From positions 68,467 through 132,466 of the forward strand of contig JBAZFB010000001.1 in the NCBI GenBank assembly GCA_041653595.1: DNA of 64,000 nucleotides. The letters are read 5' to 3'. The translations under genes and the position numbers were made by a program. Below, one piece after another: positions 39,601 to 50,800 of the stretch (the first letter of the stretch is position 1; each line of letters begins with the position of its first letter). Origin of the DNA: Candidatus Omnitrophota bacterium (lineage in GTDB: Bacteria > Omnitrophota > Gorgyraeia > Pluralincolimonadales > Pluralincolimonadaceae). The notes beneath the pieces are model-generated. The model worked only from the letters and a program-made list of their open reading frames with translations, ran no database searches and was not told the origin of the DNA.

Positions 39601-42600
39601 ATGCGAGTAATCTTTCCCTTCACGTATTCAAAGATGCTGGTTCTGTTGCGCATGTCGGTTATTGTGGTAATGCCTGTTTCAAAGAGATATTCATAAGTCG
39701 CCTGATTTCCTTTTGCGTCAGTAACGCGGTCGCAGACGTCGCTTATGTTCGAAGGGTCCCTGATATAATGATATTCCGTCCTGTTTCCCTCTGAGTCGAT
39801 ATACGCAGTTACGTTATGGATATTGCTTGCGTCATTATATTCGTATGTTTCCGAATAATTTTCGGGGCCTGTCACCGAAATTAGGTTTCCATTGTCATAA
39901 TAATAATTATAGGTAACCGAAAGCGAACCGGCAACACCTGTCACCGTCGAAATCCGGCCGTTACTATAGGTAAAGTCAATATGCCTGTCCCAATTTTCGT
40001 ATATCATATACAAAATGGGGCCGCCATAAATATACGAAAGACGGTTTCCGTTTAAGTCCTCAATATATAAAACACGACGGGTACCTTGATAGTTATCGAA
40101 ATGATATCTCTGTTTCCCGTACTTAATGGTCCAGCGCATCCAGTCATATGTCCCGTCACCATTATTGATTAGCTCCGAGCCGTCGCATTCAGGCCCGTAG
40201 TAGGAGCCGGCGCCGTTATACTCGTAACTAAATATCGTTCCATCCGGCCCGGTTATGATGACTTTTTCGGGATCCTGCCCTTGAGCCGGGATTACCTGCA
40301 TTTTGACATCGTGCGCAAGCGCCCAACCAAAGCCTATTTTGGAATCAACCTCACTGCTCGATGAATAGGTCCTTGTAAGATTCAGGCTGATGCCGTGTTT
40401 TCTCCCCCTTCCTAGTATGAATATATCTGTCTTCGGAATGATCACCTGGCCGCCTGTTATGGCTATTGGGTCAACGGGGGTGTCGCACTGTGTCGACGCG
40501 CGTTGCCCGCTTCCCATATATGTCATTCCTAACCCGCCGTCCGCATGCGGGTTATGCCCCGTCATCGAATCGTAAAGGTTAACACCCATCAAGTAATCCT
40601 CAGGAAGGCTTGCCTCCAATTTGCCATACTCTACTTCCCATTCGCCATTCGGAAGAACACCGGGATCGTTCTTAGTTATGCCTCCCTCGGATGACCGGCG
40701 ATTACCGCCCTTAATGGCTAACAGCTCGTCGGCAGCTAATTCTTTAACGTCAGGACGAGCCTTGACCGCCAGTATCTGTCCCTTCCATCTGGCCGGAAGC
40801 TCTTTATAGCTAATGAATTCGCTTGATAAATTATCTCTAACCAATATGCCGGCTGATCTTATACTCTCAAGGAATGCGTAATGACCGCTGTCTATAAACA
40901 GTATCGCTTCCCCGTTGTATTCCTTCAGTTTTTCTGCATCAATCTTAAATGCTGATACTTTCAAACCGTTATTTTTGGCCGCCTTTATAAGACCAAGTAA
41001 AGTGGTCCCGTCTTTATCCGTTCCGGCGGATTTAGCTATCTCTTTCGGCGTAGATTTTATACCGTAAGTCTTAAGCAATAAATTCAATGCATATGGGCCG
41101 CAAGCGTTATTTAGCGATGTCGCCGCTGACTGTTTGCCCAATCTTTCTATCAGCTTCAGCACCCCTTTGGCCTCGGCTGTCAGGAAATGATACGGATAAT
41201 TGGACACTAGCCGCTCAAAAGTTTCTTTGGCAAGCGGATAATTCCGCTGGTAATACCGGACCTTTCCTATCCAGAATAGAGCTTCCGCGGCATAGTAGGT
41301 GTCGCTGTTTAACGCTGTTTCATATTCCTTAAGGGCTTTTTCATAATCTTTGCGTTCAAAATATATGTGGCCTATCTCTATATGAAGCGGAGCCACAAAT
41401 TTACCCTCATCTATCTTGCTCTGCGCGTAAGCTATCGCCTCATCCGCCCCGTAATATATGACCTTACCCGTCATAGGATCTCTTTTCTTCTTCTCGCGTA
41501 ACGCTTGGACGATCTTAATATCGTCTCCTTGCGACTTAAAATATTCTATCGCCTTGTCGAATGACCTGAGCTGCCAATATATGTCCCCCAAAGCGTCCAG
41601 GTCGTTTGCTGTGTTAAAATATTTGATTGCCTGGTTAAACTGCTTTCTTTTTAGGGCCATCCTTCCCAATCCGGACATATCGTTGGCATCAGTAAAATAC
41701 TTCTCGGACTTTACGTAATCGCCAATTTCGCCGTAGAGAAAACCGAGGCCGGAAATATCATTAGCCTTTTGAAATAGTTCCAACGCTTTGTCGAATTTCT
41801 TGTCCTTAAGTTGAGTGAGACCTAATCCCGAGAGGTCGTTGGCGGCTGTAAAACAATTCTCCGCCTCCTTGAAATCACCCGCTCCCAGATAAACGTGACC
41901 TAACAACGAAAGATCATTCGCATTCTTGGCATATTGCGCGGCTCTTGCATAATCTTTCTGCACGCAATAGGTAAACCCTATGCCCGAAGGGTCGTTCGCT
42001 TTGGTAAAACTATCCAGCGCTCCCTTATAATTATGCCCCTTAAGATACGCATAGCCTAAGGCGGACGGGTCGTTTGCCTGTTTCGCGTATGATAGAGCGG
42101 CGGAATAGCTATTCATACCGTTATAGGCGACACTTAAGCCGGATTTGTCGTTTGCCTGGCTAAAAGAGCTGATAGCTTTGTCGTATTGCCTCTTGCCGCA
42201 GTAGGCATGGCCTAAGGCAGATAGATCGTTTGCCGCCAAGGCATATTTTATCGCTTCGTCGAATTGTTTCTTTCCTGAATAAGCAAGGCTTATCCCGGAG
42301 AGATCATTTGCCTGCTTAAAATATTTTAAAGCGCTGTCAAAATCCCTTTTGCCGCAGTAGGCATGGCCTATCCCCGAATTGTCCTTGTTAGAAGCGAACT
42401 GAGTAAGCGCCTCGTCGTATCTTCTTTCAGCCAAAAGGACAAGGCCGAGGCCCCCTTTGTCCCCTGCCTGGCTAAACCATCCCCGCGCTTCGTCTATCTT
42501 ATTTTCTCCCAGAGCCGCCAGGCCCATCCCCGAATAATCATTCGCCTGCCTGAAATATTCTCTTGCCTTGCTAAAATCTCTTTTTCCGCAGTAAGCGAGG

Positions 42601-42923
42601 CCTATCCCCGAGTAATCCTTCTTCTGCTCAAAGTGTCTTATTGCTTCATCATATTGGCGTTTTCCGCAATAGGCCATCCCCATCCCGGAAAGATCATTTG
42701 CTTTTTCAAAACTTTCCTTCGCAATGTCGTAACACCTCATCCCCAGATAAGCTATCCCCGCGCCGGAATAGTTATTCTTTTTTAGATATATTTCCAGCGC
42801 TCCTTTATAGTCGCCTTGCTCGATAGCCCGGAAGGCGATAACATCATCGGCAGATTCGAAACCCAGTATAAATAACGAACCCAATATCAACGCCGCGGCC
42901 ACTAAAACTATTTTCCTTTTCAT
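36648..42923 (-). CDS. Sec-secreted RHS/YD-repeat polymorphic toxin with an N-terminal 26-aa repeat array and an internal C39-like peptidase domain
   Basis: Probable start MKRKIVLV at 42923 (AAGGAG-6nt-ATG). Signal peptide. About 16 copies of ANDxSGxGxAYCGKRxYDxAIxxFxQ. C39 motifs NNACGPYAL and GHYAFL. Many YD repeats (YEYDAFGN, YTYDTLGR, YEYDGLGRLT). RHS core end ...NKYDPWGLY followed by a ~165-aa unrecognised C-terminal domain. Confidence 0.8.
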   Translation of the reverse strand: MKRKIVLVAAALILGSLFILGFESADDVIAFRAIEQGDYKGALEIYLKKNNYSGAGIAYLGMRCYDIAKESFEKANDLSGMGMAYCGKRQYDEAIRHFEQKKDYSGIGLAYCGKRDFSKAREYFRQANDYSGMGLAALGENKIDEARGWFSQAGDKGGLGLVLLAERRYDEALTQFASNKDNSGIGHAYCGKRDFDSALKYFKQANDLSGISLAYSGKKQFDEAIKYALAANDLSALGHAYCGKRQYDKAISSFSQANDKSGLSVAYNGMNSYSAALSYAKQANDPSALGYAYLKGHNYKGALDSFTKANDPSGIGFTYCVQKDYARAAQYAKNANDLSLLGHVYLGAGDFKEAENCFTAANDLSGLGLTQLKDKKFDKALELFQKANDISGLGFLYGEIGDYVKSEKYFTDANDMSGLGRMALKRKQFNQAIKYFNTANDLDALGDIYWQLRSFDKAIEYFKSQGDDIKIVQALREKKKRDPMTGKVIYYGADEAIAYAQSKIDEGKFVAPLHIEIGHIYFERKDYEKALKEYETALNSDTYYAAEALFWIGKVRYYQRNYPLAKETFERLVSNYPYHFLTAEAKGVLKLIERLGKQSAATSLNNACGPYALNLLLKTYGIKSTPKEIAKSAGTDKDGTTLLGLIKAAKNNGLKVSAFKIDAEKLKEYNGEAILFIDSGHYAFLESIRSAGILVRDNLSSEFISYKELPARWKGQILAVKARPDVKELAADELLAIKGGNRRSSEGGITKNDPGVLPNGEWEVEYGKLEASLPEDYLMGVNLYDSMTGHNPHADGGLGMTYMGSGQRASTQCDTPVDPIAITGGQVIIPKTDIFILGRGRKHGISLNLTRTYSSSSEVDSKIGFGWALAHDVKMQVIPAQGQDPEKVIITGPDGTIFSYEYNGAGSYYGPECDGSELINNGDGTYDWMRWTIKYGKQRYHFDNYQGTRRVLYIEDLNGNRLSYIYGGPILYMIYENWDRHIDFTYSNGRISTVTGVAGSLSVTYNYYYDNGNLISVTGPENYSETYEYNDASNIHNVTAYIDSEGNRTEYHYIRDPSNISDVCDRVTDAKGNQATYEYLFETGITTITDMRNRTSIFEYVKGKITRITDSNNGVTNYTFDDSYIRDSVTDENGKGCGWVQDRFGSALQLDNDEGYTAYFTYDPTFHYITSITDPKERAWTYDYDSNGNLRHRYTPSPNNQGTATIEKQYDQYGCLTKIIDPEGIATDYTYDTYGNTTKETDGEGNYIQYTYDTLGRMTSSKYGDNSGSDPIATSYEYDGLGRLTRKTYPDSSYEEYTYDKNSNLLTFRDANNHTTTYVYNELNQCVSITDPGTKVTQYEYDAFGNMTKLIRYVNGNPVETTYEYNDHYNRLTKVTDPTQEITIFTYESSPPLLNDSKNYTTMKKYRPDSTLLAVESRTFDSYYRIKTVADGLGNTTTYNYDEVGNLTSVVDQNGHTTTYTYDPNVNVVLTETDPLNKTTTCTYYKNGKLKTKTDANGNTITYTYDLAGKLYSVSYPDSNSVVYLYNRYGKTATMTDYYGATTYTYNSRTWLSSVDGPEANDTITYFYDYAGNRISMTTPAGYFSYAYYANNLPYTLTNSQSQTTTFYYDTANRLTRMNYPNSTYTEWLYYDNDRVNTLTVKDGSQNTLSSYHYDYNSLGKITTISNNFGNTYNFIYNDAGRLTHEDKTGSYPYTRNYTYDNAGNRTSETRDGLPISNSYNAANQITSRILPYESISYSYDNNGNLVVETNSRTGTTYYYYDYENRPWGIITPYINTYYAYSGDGRRITTNIGGNVVKYLYDGLAPLIERDPSNNILIMYSKLPSAPGGIGGLVSSFDWTNTLYYHDSNLGNVNQITNSSGVVIQTYDYDAFGNIIYQSGSLESKYAYKTKEYTPQTGLVFFGARYYNPLIGRFITKDPLEMIDGPNLYVYLNNDPINKYDPWGLYVAIGARPVLGMGSHTVIILHPDNPSDFANSGFYKNSKGELELTLSANPKDGKLVATPCSSADRPEKLKNSQRILDKRSDTNLIKDILNSAGKYENDLSYDATPWPIDPFYNSNSYTYGILEDAGVSNIPNLPGWQPGADKPIPLY
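41480..42790 (-). repeat. Tandem ~78-bp coding repeats (26-aa half-TPR-like unit) in the N-terminal region of the RHS protein
   Basis: Approximately 16 consecutive 26-aa units with consensus ANDLSGLGxAYCGKRxYDxAIxYFxQ, read from the translation. Confidence 0.6.
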
Positions 42924-42939
42924 CACGCTCTCCTTCTTT

Positions 42940-44571
42940 TTATTGGAGCGTCTTGCCAATGAATAACAATATTACCGCCAGAATGATCAGAGGAGTTATT
43001 GCCAAGAACCTGACAAATCTATTCTCAAAGCCGCTATTTAGAATCACTACCCCTATTGCAGTGCCTGCGGCGAAAGACAAAAACCAGATATTCCGTGAAG
43101 TTAAGCCGATGGTTAAAAAGAGTCCCGCGAAAACACATTCTATAATCACGGCTATCTTGCTGTTAGCAAGGCTGACGGAGTTATCGGCCGTGACGGGAAA
43201 ATCGGCTTTTTTGCTGACAAGATAAGCTAACGCGGCAATAGAGGAATTCACCTGCGTAGCATAGAACATGAACGTATACATGGCAATATAGCGAAATCTC
43301 TTTACGGGATGATGAATCATTTCCAAAATGGCCGGCAGTATTGGTGCGACAATGGTCAGGATAAGCATGGAAAAGAAATCCCATCTCCAAAAAAGGTTGC
43401 CCGAGATCCCGACCAATGTCCCAACGAAAGTATCATTGAAGGCAAGCGGCATTTTAAACATTGGGCCTTGGAATTGGAAATGGTAAAAATAGAACGGCAG
43501 GATTATCCCTACCGACAAAAGAAGCGCTAAAAACGGAAGGCCTAACAACAGGCTCTGAGCTGAAACGATGATGTCGAATTTTTCAATCCAGCTTATATTC
43601 CTGCTTTTGAGGAAATCCGGGTAGAATTTAAAAAGACATTCCGCCGTTCCCCTTATCCACTTTTCATTTCTTTTCCTATACTGGCGGTAGGTTGAAGGAA
43701 AATCCTCCATACAGGTTACGTCTTTTGCGTATACGCCGTAGTATCCCTTCTCCTTTATCTTCATAGAATACGCGAGGTCCTCTGTCGCCACCTCGGGGAA
43801 ACCGCCGATCGCCCTTAAAACATCGAGGCGCATTAACGCCCCGTGCCCGTAGAACATAACAAATCCATATTTATTTTTGGTACTCAGGTAATGGTCGCAA
43901 TGGAGTTCGATCTGATAACCGAGGCCTTGCGCGAAAGTTGATTTTTGATTCGAATTAAATTCCTGGCGCGATTGAACGAAAGCAACACGCGAATCACTAA
44001 AATACGGAAACAGTTTAATTATATAGTCGCTAGGTAATAGCGTATCGGCGTCAGATACGCTGAAATACTCGAAGTTCCCTATTTTACTCAATCCGTAGTT
44101 TAAATTACCCGCTTTATACCCGATCCTTTCCGGGCGCCGTATTACACTTATTGCCTTAGAATATCTGGCTACAAATTCGTCTATTCTCTCTTTGTATTCT
44201 CTGTTGGTGCTGTCATCCAAAATAAAGGTACGGAAATTGTCGTAGCCCTGAGCGAGACAAGTTAAGACCGCCTCTTCTTTAAAGTCATTGCAGGTGGTAT
44301 AGAGCAATGCGACCGCGGGAGCCTTTTCCTGATTTTGCCGAACGATATTATAGCCCGGCGTAGATTTGATATATGAGAATAGAATTATTACAAGGTGATA
44401 AAATGCATAAAACCAAAAAATATTAAGTAAGATACTAAAACATGCTACGGCAATTTTAGCAAAGATATTTTCTGGACCAACAACAAGGGCTAACACGCGG
44501 GGGCTAAAATAAAAAGCGGCGCATAGCCAGCAAAAGATCATTGTGCCGAACATTACAGGGTTCTTTTTCAT
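42940..44571 (-). CDS. Family-2 glycosyltransferase, processive polysaccharide synthase type (cellulose-synthase-like)
   Basis: N-terminal TMs. D, DxD (SDADTL) and Q-x-x-R-W-like (QYRKRNEKWIRG) motifs, then C-terminal TMs. The stop is 16 nt upstream of the RHS start. Confidence 0.7.
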   Translation of the reverse strand: MKKNPVMFGTMIFCWLCAAFYFSPRVLALVVGPENIFAKIAVACFSILLNIFWFYAFYHLVIILFSYIKSTPGYNIVRQNQEKAPAVALLYTTCNDFKEEAVLTCLAQGYDNFRTFILDDSTNREYKERIDEFVARYSKAISVIRRPERIGYKAGNLNYGLSKIGNFEYFSVSDADTLLPSDYIIKLFPYFSDSRVAFVQSRQEFNSNQKSTFAQGLGYQIELHCDHYLSTKNKYGFVMFYGHGALMRLDVLRAIGGFPEVATEDLAYSMKIKEKGYYGVYAKDVTCMEDFPSTYRQYRKRNEKWIRGTAECLFKFYPDFLKSRNISWIEKFDIIVSAQSLLLGLPFLALLLSVGIILPFYFYHFQFQGPMFKMPLAFNDTFVGTLVGISGNLFWRWDFFSMLILTIVAPILPAILEMIHHPVKRFRYIAMYTFMFYATQVNSSIAALAYLVSKKADFPVTADNSVSLANSKIAVIIECVFAGLFLTIGLTSRNIWFLSFAAGTAIGVVILNSGFENRFVRFLAITPLIILAVILLFIGKTLQ

Positions 44572-44612
44572 CTTAATTAGGGTTCGAAAGGTGTCGAAAA
44601 ATTAAAACAAAA

Positions 44613-44636
44613 AACGGCGATTAGAAAATCGCCGTT
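44613..44636 (-). terminator. Rho-independent terminator (AACGGCGATT-agaa-AATCGCCGTT) with a U-tract on the minus strand
   Basis: Perfect 10-bp stem followed on the minus strand by TTTTTTGTTTTAATTTTT. Confidence 0.55.
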
Positions 44637-44769
44637 ACGGAATTAATTTGGTACTCTAAGCGGGTAAAACTCCATCGGAATTTCTCCTTAAAAGAGCTTT
44701 CGCCGGAAGAAAAAAGGAAATCTATTTTATCTCTTAATTAAAATGGCCACTCCTTAATATGATTACGTA

Positions 44770-44796
44770 GGGCGGCACTTTTATCAAGTGCCGCCC
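44770..44796 (-). terminator. GC-rich hairpin immediately after the stop of the giant GH gene
   Basis: GGGCGGCACTT-ttatc-AAGTGCCGCCC is a perfect 11-bp stem with no strong U-tract. Confidence 0.4.
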
Positions 44797-44813
44797 CAAT
44801 GTGGTTTAAGTCT

Positions 44814-47800
44814 CTAAAACGACCAGCGGATGGAGTCTATGTAGAATGTAGTGGCGGATTCCGCGGTGATCTTGAACGGGCAGTAGACTTGGCTCAATGT
44901 AGCTCCCGAGAAGTCGCTTATCGGTATGGAGACTTCCTGCCACGACCCGCCGCTCGACGAGATATACTTCGTATAGGTATACCCCGCAGGCGCCTCTATC
45001 TCCACCTTTAAGGTCGTTGAACTCTTGACCCAGAACTTAAGGTAACCGTTGGCATACGTCGACAGGTCTACTGTGCCGCTCGTATGGAAAACACCCCATC
45101 CCGCCCACGCGGTGCTTATCGTCTGGAAGCATTTTGTCCCTTCAGGCGGGGTTTCGCCGGTATAATCACCGTTCCAACTGCCGAAGCCCCAGGTATAGAT
45201 ACTGCTGCCCTGCGGTATCCCGGAATCGGAGTAGACGCTGTAAGCGGTGCCGACGGTGATCTTCGTTTCGGGTTCGTAGGGCTCTCCTGTTGCGGTAAAC
45301 CTGAAGGTATCGTCCATGCCGATCCTCTCCTCATACGGCTCAACGCCTTCCCTCTTATGGTCGAAGAAGTAAGCGCCCCACATGTAGTTGCTGCCGTAAG
45401 GGGTATTTTCGGGAACCTCTATCTCGAAGCTTTCGTCTCCACTTCCGTCCTCGATAATAAAGTCCTCGCTAGCGTAAGTTTCGCCCGTATAGACATCCTG
45501 CAGGAATATCCGCAGGGTCAACGGGAAGGTCACCGCATACGGCTTCCATGCGGTTATCGTGACTATCGTGTCCAGGCCTTCCCAGACCACCGGTACTTCA
45601 ACCGTAGTGTCCGGATTGAAGTCCGTCGGGAAGTTCTCGTCCTCGACCTTCAATCGCGGCGCCCAGTATAACGAGGTCGGTACCTCATATTTATCCGACG
45701 TCTCGGTAAACCAGGTTATCCAGTTATACTTTCCGCCGCTCGCCGAATCCTCCAAGTCCGTATCGGCCGGGTCGTAGTCGGGAACCAGCGCGTATTCCGG
45801 GACATACGGACTCCTGAAATCATCCAGGAGGCCATTTACCGACTTGGTCTGCAGCCAGTCTTCCAGCCTAAACTGGGCTGCCGACGGATAGCCGGCCAAT
45901 GTCATCTTCTTTAGCAAGGTGATGATATCGGTGGCAAGATCTCCGTCGGTCAGGGTTATCCTGTAATATTTACAGGCGGTGTCTAAGTTTATCGTCGGGT
46001 TGTAATCGCCGGCCCAGTTGCCCGAGGTGTAAATATTGGTCCACGAGCTTCTGTCCGGGGACTTCTCGACGGTCAACTGGCTCCATGTGCCCGCGAAACT
46101 AAAGTTCATCGTCAACGTCGGAGATGTCGCTGAGGAGATGTCTTTAAATGCCATGGACAACTGCGGCCTTGTGCCGCTCGTGTTGGCGTTGCTGATCCAT
46201 GTAGTGGTTGTCTCGGTAAGCCAGCTGTTGGGGTCGGCCTTGCCGTCGAACATCGGGCTGCCGCCGTAGACCTCATTTGTAAGGCCGTCGCCGTTATCGC
46301 CGTCTTCCTTAAAACCGAAGTTGAGTTTAAGCGTATCATTCCTCGTGTTGTATGCGATCCAGTTATCGAACGTCCTGCCGCCGGTTGAAAGGAATGTCGC
46401 GCCGGCGTGGTAGAGGCCGTAGCCGGAGATGCTGGACTCGTAACCCGGGTCGTTAAACGAGGTGTAGAAGCCCATATGGTCCGTCCACGGGTCGGCCGAA
46501 TCCCACGGATAGGTATAGATCGTCCAATAGATGTTATCGTCGCCGCTCATGGTCGTATCCGGGATCTCGAATTGGAGGTTCTCGGTCCCGTTGGGATCTA
46601 TCGTCCATATCTCCTTTTCGGCTAACAGGAAATCGCCGTCTTCTTCATTCGGCGTGGCATATTTAAGCTGGATCCTCATCTTATAGATCTCTCTTGTCGT
46701 CCAATCGAAGACGTTCTGAGAGACCTGGCCGAATTCGTCCGTCAACTGGTCGTCGGTGTCGACGCCGTAGTTGAAGACGAAGGTCTTTCCTTTCTTCTCG
46801 CCGGTATCCGATGTGGCGAAGTAGGCGTCGTCGAAATAATACGTTCCCTGGTTCCATTCGTATAATTCGATTGAGGCAACCCTTTCCCAGTCTATCCCCG
46901 CTGTCTGCGAAACGGGCCATGATATCAAAGTCCACTCGTTCTGGACGGCCGACATCGTCGACCAGACCGCCGAGCTTAGATTGCCCCATTTGTCCTTGAA
47001 TTTGATCTGTAACGAATTGCTGCCTTGCGTGTCATATACCCAGACGTAGAAATCGGTCATAGTCGCCAGATTCATATATCCGATAGGCGCGGCGATGTTA
47101 ATACCGAGCGTGCCGCCGCCTGATGCGGATATCATCTTGACCGAACGGGTGCCGCTATGGACGATCGTCGTCTCGAACGCGGGATTAGACTGCCAGGCGT
47201 CATAGTAGTAATCGCCGGGGGTCGAATTGCCGGGCTCGAGGTTCTGGAAGGAAACGTTCTCCTTGGTCAGTAGGTTGCTTATCAAAGCAGGTGCGGAAGA
47301 GGCCGCGTTCTTTATATCGGCGATCTTCGTGCCTGTCGTAACCGTCGTCCAGGAGATCGCGGAAGCGCCCGAAGCCGTCGCTATATTCTGGCCGTTGGAG
47401 TAATCCTTGGTGATGTAATGAGTGTTGTCGGTAACCTGCAGGTTCAACAGGTCGCTTAAGGTCGTATACCCTGAATCGACGCCAAAGGCGCTCTCGATCC
47501 TTCCGGTGCCCGATGAGCCGTCCGGCTGCTTGATGCCGACGCCGCCGTCCGTGGCCACGACCGTAAACTGTCCCGCCTGCAAATACGCCTTTATGTTGTA
47601 GCATTCGTCGTTATTCATGACATAGACGCTCGGCAGGACCACGATCGGGAAGAATTCTTTCAAGTAACCCCAATCGAGGTTAAGCAGGTTGCCGTCGAGG
47701 CCTCTCTCGTTATCGTCGATGAAATAGTAACCCAACACGGGTTCCCATACGCCCAGCTGTGAGGCCTTTGCGCCCACTCCTATCTTTCCGCTGGCGAGGC

Positions 47801-50800
47801 CGGTGTTGGTAAACCCGCCTTGATACTCATTATCAAGATAGACCTGGAAGTTCGGTCCCGCCGCGATAACTTTCAATGTATGGAAGGTGCCGGCCGAGAG
47901 GGGGTTTGCGAGGTTGGCTACATTACCTCCGAACTCCTGGCCATTTACCCTTCCGCCGTACTTCACCCTCCAGAGCCCATAGTTGTTGTAGGGCTTGACG
48001 TAGTAGAAGTTGTTGTTATCCTGATAACGGAAGACAAGGTACGCCTCCGCGAAGTACGGGTCCATTGTGACGTACTTGAATTTCATCTCGGCGGTATAGT
48101 CTGTCCATGCCGAGTTTCCCGCAACCGAGATATTATAGCTCTGGCTCATTCGGTCGATGCTGTACTCATAGCTCGGCACCGTCCAGCGGCTCGAACCTTC
48201 CGCCACCGTCCAGTTGTTCGCGTTGCCGCTGCTGAAATCATCCGAGAACAGGGTATTGCCGCCGCTCGTTACCACGACGTCATCGAAATCGGTGACCGCC
48301 GGGTTGGAATGGACGTAGCCTAAGTCCTCAAGCCAATCGCAGACCTGGTTTACCTTATTGTAATGGGTTGAATACAGCGCCTGCGTCTTGGCGGACCTTA
48401 CGACCGCTATGCGCTGCGGGAAGGAAGTCTCCCTGCTGATAGGCGTATTCTCCCATGATTGATATTCATACAGGTCCTCCCACTTGAAATTGACGGAGTA
48501 GCTCTGTCCTTTGTTTAACGCGGTCGGAAGAGACGTGGTGGGAGCCGCTCCCCATTCCAATTGCGTCTTTTGATACGACTCCGCCACCTTTACGCTCGAC
48601 TCCTCCAGCCAGGCATGAATGACGTAATTTCCTCCGTCTGGAGTCGATATATAGTCGCTGTCGGCCTTGTTCGCATCCGGTATCCAGAGCCACAGCGTCT
48701 GTTCGCCTGCTCCGGTGACGGTGGTATTCATCGACTCATAGATCTCGTTGGGGGTGTTATCCCCGTTGTCGCCGTCTTCCTGGAAAGCGACGTATAATGT
48801 CAGATCCGATGCCGCCAGGGTATCATACCTTACCTTGACCTGATACGACTTATCCCCCATGGGGTGGACGACAGCCGGCGCGTCAAGTATCGTAGCCTTC
48901 TTTGAAGGAGAACCGCTGTAAGCCTTTATCAGTTCATGGCCGTCGGGTACCAGCGTCAAATTAAACGTCCCGTCGCTGTTCTCTTCTATAACCCCGCCTG
49001 TGGTCAGATTCTCGACTGTCCTCCCGCTGATCAGGCTCGTCGTTATCGTCACGCTCTCGTTCTGGTCGTTTCTGTAATTCTTGGCCGATATCAGGATGGA
49101 GCCGTCGCTCCCGGTCCTGTAACAGACCTGGACATATTGAGAGCCCGTGACATTCAAACTCGGCTGTATGCCGAAGCCGGTCAAGAATATAGCCTTCATC
49201 CAATCGTAATGCTTTGCCCACGGGATTATATCCTGTTTGCCGTCGCCGTCTCCGTCCGGGCTTATGTCTCCCAGGCTGAACGTCGTTATAGCGGCCTTGG
49301 ATGTCCCGTTGTCCTTTATCACAAGCGCAGGGTTGCCGTTTGAATGGGTGGCATAGACCGTGCCTGTCGTAGCGGTGATCATATTGCTGTATTTCCAGAC
49401 GCGGAAGACATCCTGTCTTGATGCGGTCAACGGCGAAAGCGCCTGGGTGACCGTCGTGGTGATGGGCGTAAAATTAATCCCATATTGGCCGTTTCTTGCC
49501 GGGTCATCATAACCGGAGGTATTCGCGGCATTGACGCCGAAGATATTGCCCATCTCTGTTGTGAAGTCGCCTAATGAGTTTACGTGGTAGTCCTGCATTC
49601 CGGGCAGGTCCGCGTCCGCGTAGATGTTGACGCCCGCGGGAATTATCTTTGTGCGGATATAATTCATATCCCCCGGGTAGGTCCGCATATTCCTCGGCAG
49701 TATTATAGCCGCGTAAGAACTGTAATCGGCCGGCGTGCCGTTATTCTTCTCGAAACTCTGGAACGCAATCTGGCTTCCAGATACATAGGTCGCCTGATCT
49801 AAATAATAGACGCCCTGATTCCATTCATAGAGCTCGACCGATGCGATCCTGTCTTTGTTGAGATTGGGAACGCTTGGATACTGCGTCATGTCCCAGTTTA
49901 TCTGTGTCCACTGGTTCTGCACCGAATTGTTCGAAGACCACAGGCAATAGCCGTCGCCTCCCGACCCTCCGTCGCCTTCCGCGTCTCTTAAGCGCAGTTG
50001 GATAGAGTTATTCCCCTGCGTATCATAGACCCAGACAGAGAAACCGGTAGCGCTGCTTAAATCCATTACCTGAGCGCTGTTGGCCGGGTATACCGCAACC
50101 GTCCCGCCGCCGCTTCCGGCAGTTATCTTCAGGGATCTCGTCCCGGCATAAACCGTCGAAAGGTTTATCACGGGATCAGACTGCCAGATATCCTTAAAAT
50201 ATTTCGAAGCCAAAAGAGCGGTCCTGTCGATAAATGCGGGGTTCAGCCCCAGCCTCGTCAACGGGCCGTAGAGCTGCTGCATGTTGCATTCATAACGGTT
50301 ATACATCCCGTCGGTCGCATCCGACCAGTAGAACGCCACATCCGGGGTGGGGTCGGTCGAATTTCCTATAAGCCCTTCGACGTCTATCTGCTCCATCAGA
50401 TTATAGGTATCCCTTACGACCCAGAACGAAGGCTTGATCCTTCTGTCGGCATATACGATGCCGAAACCTTTTTCCCTGTCTGTAATATAGGGCCTGTCAT
50501 TCCAGGTGAAGACGTGGACGCCTATGGCACCCGCTTCCAATTCCTCCCATAAGGAATTTCTTATCAGCGGTCCCTGGTTCAGTTCGTTCATCCCGGAATA
50601 CATTGTCTCGGAACTCGTGAAACCGGTCTCGGTGCAGAGAACGGGCAGACCCGTCCTCCATTTGGCATTTATCACTCCCCACCGGCCTGTCTGGGACTCA
50701 TGCCCCAACAGGTCCCACGGATAATTATTTATAGACCAGAAATCAAGCGGAGCGCCTATATCCCTGCAGGCCTTCGCGATCTTGGCCGTATCCTCTGCGT

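Noticed and set aside
42924-42959. N-terminal extension MARRSNKKKESV of the RHS ORF
   Set aside because: It overlaps the GT2 gene and lacks an SD. The in-frame ATG at 42923 has AAGGAG at correct spacing.
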